From assembly GCA_964035545.1 (NCBI GenBank), contig OZ037765.1, forward strand, positions 5,094,698 to 5,158,697: a stretch of 64,000 nt of DNA, in the 5' to 3' direction. The first letter of the stretch is position 1, and each line of letters begins with the position of its first letter. Both the position numbers and the translations under genes were made by a program. Below the pieces are notes generated by a model. The model was given only the letters and a program-made list of their open reading frames with translations, had not been told where the DNA came from and searched no databases. The stretch comes from Bugula neritina. Taxonomy: Eukaryota; Animalia; Bryozoa. Positions 57,601-64,000 of the stretch are shown one piece after another.

Positions 57601-60600
57601 TGAGTAGAGAGAGTTGTCTCAGCTTGTCATGCTGTTGGTTTAGGTACAGCGAAAATCCTACTCAAATCCGGCCCTTTGGAACGATGTGGACTGTTCCGGA
57701 ACTCGGTCATATATCTGTGAAGCTCCTGCCGTACGAGGAGACAGCACTACTACACCAGAACCCACTCGTATGTCAGCCATGTCTTTATATCGACTCTCTG
57801 TTTTTGTAGTTTATTTGGACAAAAAGTCTCAACTTGAGACTAAATAATATTGAGCTTCTGTGATGAGATATTTTGTCTTTTTTTAATTGTTAATTTTAAT
57901 CTTATACTAAGTTGATGAAATTTTTATCCAATGTTTTACTAACACACACAACACAATCACACACCATGCTGTTGTCATCACCCAGGTCCCTGGTCTACAG
58001 AGTGTGGAGTAGGCTGGACCGTTGACCATCTCTCTGGAAACTGTTATTACTTTAGTTTTGACTCCAAGAGCTGGCAGGCTTCTAGAAATGCTTGTAAAAA
58101 GATGAACTCTGACCTCGTCTGCATTTCATCTAAGTTTGAGCAGTCATTTATTCAAGGTGTGTGGCTGTCATAAACTATACTCGAAGATATATTAGCTCTG
58201 TAATATAAAAGTTTACTTTATAAATCATATTATTTACCCGCATCTTATACATGTCTATACTGTATACATATACGTATGCATATACGTTTATCTATACAGT
58301 AAAGCTAATGTTCATGCATTTTGCAAGATTTTTAATAACTCATGTTTGTTTAGAATCTCTATTCCCCGTAAGATATTTTAATGGTGCAGTTTTCTTAAAT
58401 TGGTAAAGGACTGTATATGCTGCGACACGGGTACAATTATATTGAGAAGCTCATAAATTGGCCTGTTGTGAGTTTAACCTAAGAGCCAGTGTTCACATGA
58501 CCTTTCTACCAAATTCAACAAAAGTCTATTTCAATTTTTGACTCAAATTGGGAAAAAAGCTTGCAGCTGCCAATCTTGAAGATTTATTTATTTTATAATT
58601 TAATTCATGCTTCTTTACAAATTGATTCGTAACCTCAACTTTTTTTATTCAGATGAAAATAATTTATTACCACCCCTTTTTGGTAACACGAAGAATGTGT
58701 AGTTGAGCAAAAATTGTTATCTGTGACTGAGATATGTCGTAATATGCAGGTATGCTGCGAGGTGATACTACTGGGGCAATAGCATACTGGACAGGAGGAA
58801 ATGACAAAGCTGCGGAGGAAGGGTGGCAATGGGCTGATAAAAGCCCTTTCAAATACCTCAACTGGAATGACGGTAAGTTTTACTGGATGTGATTTATCTG
58901 AGTATCATGTATTGTATAAGTGTGATTTGTCACTACTTTATATTTGATTAGTTCTCCTGTAATGTGAAGTTATCACATCTTGCTATTAAGGGATTAGTTC
59001 TCCTGTAATGTGAAGTTATCACATCTTGCTATTAAGGTCAGGTAGCCAGTGTGTTGTTGCTTTGTGCTAAGATTTTTACGATGATAGTGTTTTACAGACG
59101 CCGGTCATGGTGAGTGAAATAACCTGTAGCCTGTAAACCGTTGCAGTTTCTTTAGCGGGCTGGCTGCCTAGCCTTGCACCTACTTGCTATATCAGTTGCT
59201 GGTTTTAGTGCACAGTTGTAGCCTAGTTTCCCTGTTTCCTGTTCTAGTTGCCAGGTGCTTTGTGAATTTTTGTGTAATCATACGGAAGGACAACTCCTTG
59301 TGAAAAGAAACAAAATTTATAATCAGAAGTTTAAATCTGGGAAGCTTAAACAATAGTTATTACTAAAAAAAGTTTGAGGTTAAATTTTTTCATGCCTTAT
59401 TTAAAATAGTAATAATTGAGTTACAAAATTTACAAAAATATGAAAAAAGAAATTTTTGTACAGAGGAGTTGTTATCCCCCAGTGGGCTCTGCATTCTAGA
59501 ACTTTCAATATAAAGATTACAATCTTTATCTCTTCCTAGTTTGTAAAAGAGTTTTTAATTTACATTGAATTTTTTAGATGAGCCTAACAATGCGGGCAAC
59601 GAGGATTGTATAGAGATCGTTGGGTTAACTGGAAGGTGGAATGATAATGGGTGTGACAAGTCAAGACAGTACATCTGTGAAAGACCTGGTATGTTTTGCA
59701 CCAGTTTGAGCTCTCTATTTTCTGTGAGGCCTTTTAACCATGTGTTGAAGGTAGAATGTTATTAGCTATTAGCCTGCCATTCTCTTACTAATAAGATTTT
59801 TATTGGCGTCATACTTATTTCCTTTTGCATTGTTGTCAAGAATGTATTTTAGGAGTTTTATTATTCATTATACTGTCTATTTTGAACTGCTTTGCTAAGT
59901 TGTCGTTTTTAAAACTAAAATATTTATTTACTGATGCTTTATTTATATTATAATATGCATCAATAATGTAGATGAAGAATACTTGTTGAAAAACTCTGTT
60001 TACAACAAATGTTTAAGTTCGTGGAAAAATCTGTTATTTTACAAATATTTTGTAGCCCCAGTAAAGACTAACTCTAACCTGATAAACACCACACCTCTGC
60101 CAACAAGTATGTACGGCATAACTTATAACTTCTTCACATAGCTGCAAATACAATACATTTATTGTGTAGTTTTTAGTTAGTTGTTTCAAGAGGAGTCACA
60201 ACATATTTTACTGGTCTCATTTCTTCATTATGGCTATTTGCATTTAGTTTAGGCTACTTTTTAGCTAAAAGTGCTATTTTAGACAGCCAATCATAATTTT
60301 CTAAACATCTGATTAAAATTCCATGTTGTTTTGTATCTAGAATTTACAGTCTAAACTGCTTTACTAAAGAGTGACAGTGTCAATATAAACAAAATCTCTC
60401 TGAATATTTTCTGATGTTTCAATTCTTACACCACAGTAACTGATAACTGTACGACAGTGGAGTTGATATCCGGCACACACTGGGTACCAGACAGTGCTTT
60501 TAAGACCTCCTCTAACAGAGATGCCAATTCTGGCCCTGAAAATTCGCGAATAGATTGGACAGCCACTGGTAAGATATGAACTCATCTACAAATTCTTGCT

Positions 60601-63600
60601 CGGGTTGAATCCCTTCTCTAGTTGTTTATTTCATTCCTTCATTTCATTACAAGTCATAGCTCTAAAGTAATATTGATGTTTCGGCTACTAAAAAATCTTG
60701 TGAATGGATTCTGTGAATTTTGGTTACATTTTTATCTGCCAATTTGCAGACGTCAAGATAAAGATCTCAACAAACAAGCAGTACAAATATAAACCTGTAG
60801 CCAACCTTAACCTGAAGAGCACCAAGTTTGTGACGTTCAGTGTGCAGGCGTGTAATGATGCTCACATTAGTTTGCAACCCACGGTCGATAACATCACCAG
60901 GTCAGTAATCTATTGTGGGCAGCTTTTATTGGGCCGTTCAAAATAATGTCGATCTTATATATGATATATTTTAATATAGCAAACATGTAGGTGGTATCTT
61001 ATATTATATTGATCATGTGTATAATATTGCATAATATAATAAAAATTTATATGGTCTCTTATAACATATAAAGGAACCTGAACTGGTATTTTTTCTTAAG
61101 TTTAAATGTCAATAACAAACCAAACAATGAGCACCTCAATCGAGTATTCTTATTCTAAACCCACTTCCACATGCATGAAGCTTCTTCATATCACAGACCT
61201 GCAATCTTTTAGAAACATGACAATGCACTTGAGATTCGATTACCTACGTATATTTGCCCTACTTCTCATGAGTTAGAATTTTTATTTACTGCAAGTTGCT
61301 AGGCTGTGTGATATATTAGAACTGAGAGCTAGCTGTTCCTGCTCAGCTCAATGCATTTTATATCTGGCAATTGCTAGCAATTCCATGGAGTAATGTTTCC
61401 CAGGTCTTAGAAACTACTTGAGCAGCCAACTCTATTGAAAATATAAAGAACTGAAAGGTTTTCACGAATTAATTTTGTGTTTTTGTACTGTTTTTCACCA
61501 TGAATACATGGCTACTTATCTTTATACTGTTTTAGTCAAGCTTTTGAAATTGTAATCGGAGGTTGGGGCAACACACAGTCCGTTATCAGAAATGAGCACC
61601 AGACTGCCGCACAAACTCAGTATAAAAAGGACAAGATACTGGACTGTAATTCTCCCAAGTAAGTGTTTACAGGTTGTTTTGTCGGCACACTGTTCCTCAG
61701 CTGTATGGAGTCATATCAACTGTTTGATATAATTATTATCTGTAGGCAGTTCTGGATAACATGGAGTACAGGGAAGATCCAGGTTGGCACAGGAAACAAG
61801 GTGTCTGGCAGTACTATGATTATGGAGCATGCAGTGACAGATTCCCTTACCATCTCTGGCATGGCTGTTAGCACTGGTTGGGGGGCTTCGGGTGAATGGG
61901 TCATCACCAACCCTCACGGTAAGCTGAGAACTGAGCTACAGCTACGAGTGCAGCCATGTTTTAGACAGGAAATATGCCTTGTTTCACCATTGTTTGACTG
62001 GAATCTTTATATTTTAGTGCTGTTGGTTTAATCATCACCCATTTGTAATTGTGGAACTTGAAGCTATATCTAATCATCATAATCATGTGGGCGCTTGCAA
62101 ATTCTGTTATACATTGAAACTTATATGAAAATCCAACGGTTGTTTTCAGTAACTATCTTAAATTACTTGAACAATTATTTGTATAATGAACACACCAGCT
62201 ATGGCTATAAGTTCATAAATGAAGGCAATTATTCAATGTTGTTTTAATTGATATATTGAGTAGCTTCTTATTTTAGGCAAGAGGAAAGGTGCCTGGAGTC
62301 CAAAGTATGCTGTAAGCCCTAAACCCGGTACTGCCGAGCAATACATATATGGTCAGTGGATCCAGGTTGACTTTGCTAAACCAACTCTCATCCAGTCTGT
62401 CACTACCAAGGGTTCAGCTACAGCTCTAGAGTTTATCACAGAGTACTACTTGGAATTCTCTTATGATAACCCAAAGAGCTTTGAGCCCTACACCACACCA
62501 GCAGCTAAAAAGCCTTTCGTAAGATTTTACTTTATATCAATAAGTTTTCACATCAACTCCATGTGCATTAGTTTTTCTGAAACTCATAATTATGGTGTCT
62601 TGAACTCATGATGCTTGCTGTGATTTTCTAGAAGGAAGTTTGTAGAATTTCATTTTTTGCAATTGTTTTGTTTCAGTATTTTGGTGGCAACAATGACTCT
62701 ACTACAGCTGTTACTAGAAAGATAGAGTTTCCATTTGAGGCACAATATGTTCGACTAAGACCACGAAAATACTATGGTTATCCTTCACTGAGATGGGCAT
62801 TGAATGGATGTCCCCCACCAAGTAAGTTTTGTTGTGAATATACCAGGCGGCAGCTATTTGTTATTAAAACTGGGTAGTTCAGTTTATTTTATTTTAATCT
62901 GTTATTTTTTTTCATAATTGTCAATCTTGTGTCATCATCAAATTGCTATTCAGATTTCACTTACCTCAAGTTACTATCTGTTAGTTTAACATATATCCGT
63001 AACTGACTCATGATAGTACAGGGTATCACTATAGAATTTTTGTCTTAGAATAAACCATATAACTTTTATGAAATGGTTTTACAACCTTGTTTTTTATGTG
63101 AGTTCACAAAGCAATCTTATGAAATGTATAAAAATGAATAATAAGACTTGTTTTATGGTATTAGTATCTTTTACATGTCTTTGTTACTCAGAATACTGTG
63201 AGCCAGAGCGACTAGTTACCGGGGAATCTCAGTTATCTGATTGGACGATCAAAACAAGCTCTCTGAAAGACGGTTCTGTTTACGACAGCAGACTGACAGC
63301 ACTTCCTGGAGGCAAGACTCCTAATGGTTGGCTGGCAGCTCTACCAAATGCTTTGGCTAACACTCTGTCTGAACAATGGATACAGGTACATGTGTTTTAA
63401 TTATATTAACTTGGCATGTTTCTAATTTAAATCTCTTCTATTTTTATTCACAAATGAAGTTTCACTGTTTTTTAGTCTGTTAGTTTGTGATTTATAATTG
63501 AATTTGTTTATATAATTTTTATTGATATAATTTATTTATCTGTTGAAGTAAACTTCACTGATTTTTGCTAAAAGTTGTAACGTGTCTTTTGTTTTTTGAA

Positions 63601-64000
63601 ATCATAGATCTACTTGATGCGAGAAATGTTGGTGCATGGAATCGTTACAAAAGGCCACAAGATCCAACCTTATTGGGTGAAGTCGTACCAGATACAGACC
63701 AGGTCTGTGATTGGTGGATACAGATTCTATAATTACCAGGAGCCTTATGGAACAATCAAGGTGAGACATGGTTGCTATTTGGTTTTAAAGATGATAATAT
63801 GCCTTTTTCTAAGTTATGTGGTAAGCAAAAACACATTAGTACTATGTTAGAAAGAGTAGATTGTTTTAATGGCTACTAGTGGGTTGCATTATTTACGTAT
63901 GAAGCAACAAGCAAGTGAGTAAATTCAATTTATTCTGAAGTAATTATTTTTGGGATTTAGACTTTCCAAGCCAACACAGATCAAGACACTGAAGTGACAA
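51673..64000 (+). CDS. Giant mosaic C-type lectin, paralog B (partial; runs off the window): SP-CTLDx5-F5/8C[FAMeT insert]-F5/8C...
   Basis: Signal exon 51673-51739 (MLQPRKRFSQLLFLLELISLSQ), exon 2 from 52732. Exon-by-exon collinear with paralog A with the same intron phases; no stops or frameshifts seen in the exons checked. Confidence 0.85.
54670..54850. repeat. 22-bp intronic minisatellite (acacacttctacatatacacct), about 8 copies
   Basis: Directly visible; explains ORFs 54600 and 54629. Confidence 0.92.
58946..59037. repeat. Perfect 46-bp tandem duplication
   Basis: gattagttctcctgtaatgtgaagttatcacatcttgctattaagg occurs twice in a row. Confidence 0.95.
59098..59109 (+). other. Candidate 12-nt frame-preserving microexon in CTLD5 of paralog B
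   Basis: gtgttttacag|ACGCCGGTCATG|gtgagt, phase 1-1. Confidence 0.5.
60437..62821 (+). other. Paralog B: discoidin domain with nested Methyltransf_FA-like cassette (60750-61918)
   Basis: Same exon layout and phases as paralog A. Confidence 0.8.

Overview
AT-rich, intron-containing animal (invertebrate-like) genomic DNA; the taxon cannot be fixed from sequence alone. From left to right: (1) a complete 6-exon B9D1/MKSR1 ciliary transition-zone gene on the minus strand (3639-6301); (2) a very young, apparently intact Ty3/Gypsy LTR retrotransposon (7418-14910). It has 305-bp LTRs that look identical, a tRNA-Leu PBS, gag, a pol in the -1 frame with a frameshift signal, and an unusual third ORF. 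That ORF is probably spliced, encodes a C2H2 zinc-finger/Arg-Ser-Pro/coiled-coil protein, and is not env. (3) Two tandem paralogous giant mosaic lectin genes on the plus strand (A: 17584-~50344; B: 51673 to beyond the window end). Gene A reads: signal peptide - 5 C-type lectin domains (CTLD) - an F5/8C discoidin domain with a 149-codon 'farnesoic acid O-methyltransferase' (Methyltransf_FA)-like cassette nested inside it - 2 more discoidins - WSC - 8 CTLDs - fibronectin type II - CTLD - Thr-rich mucin tail. The introns hold tRNA-derived SINEs, an RTE LINE fragment, a MITE and minisatellites. The best novelty candidates are the spliced zinc-finger accessory gene of the retroelement, the domain-within-domain lectin architecture, and paralog diversification at sugar-binding motifs (substitutions, a candidate 12-nt microexon, patchwork gene conversion). 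All exon and domain calls were made by eye, with no database searches.
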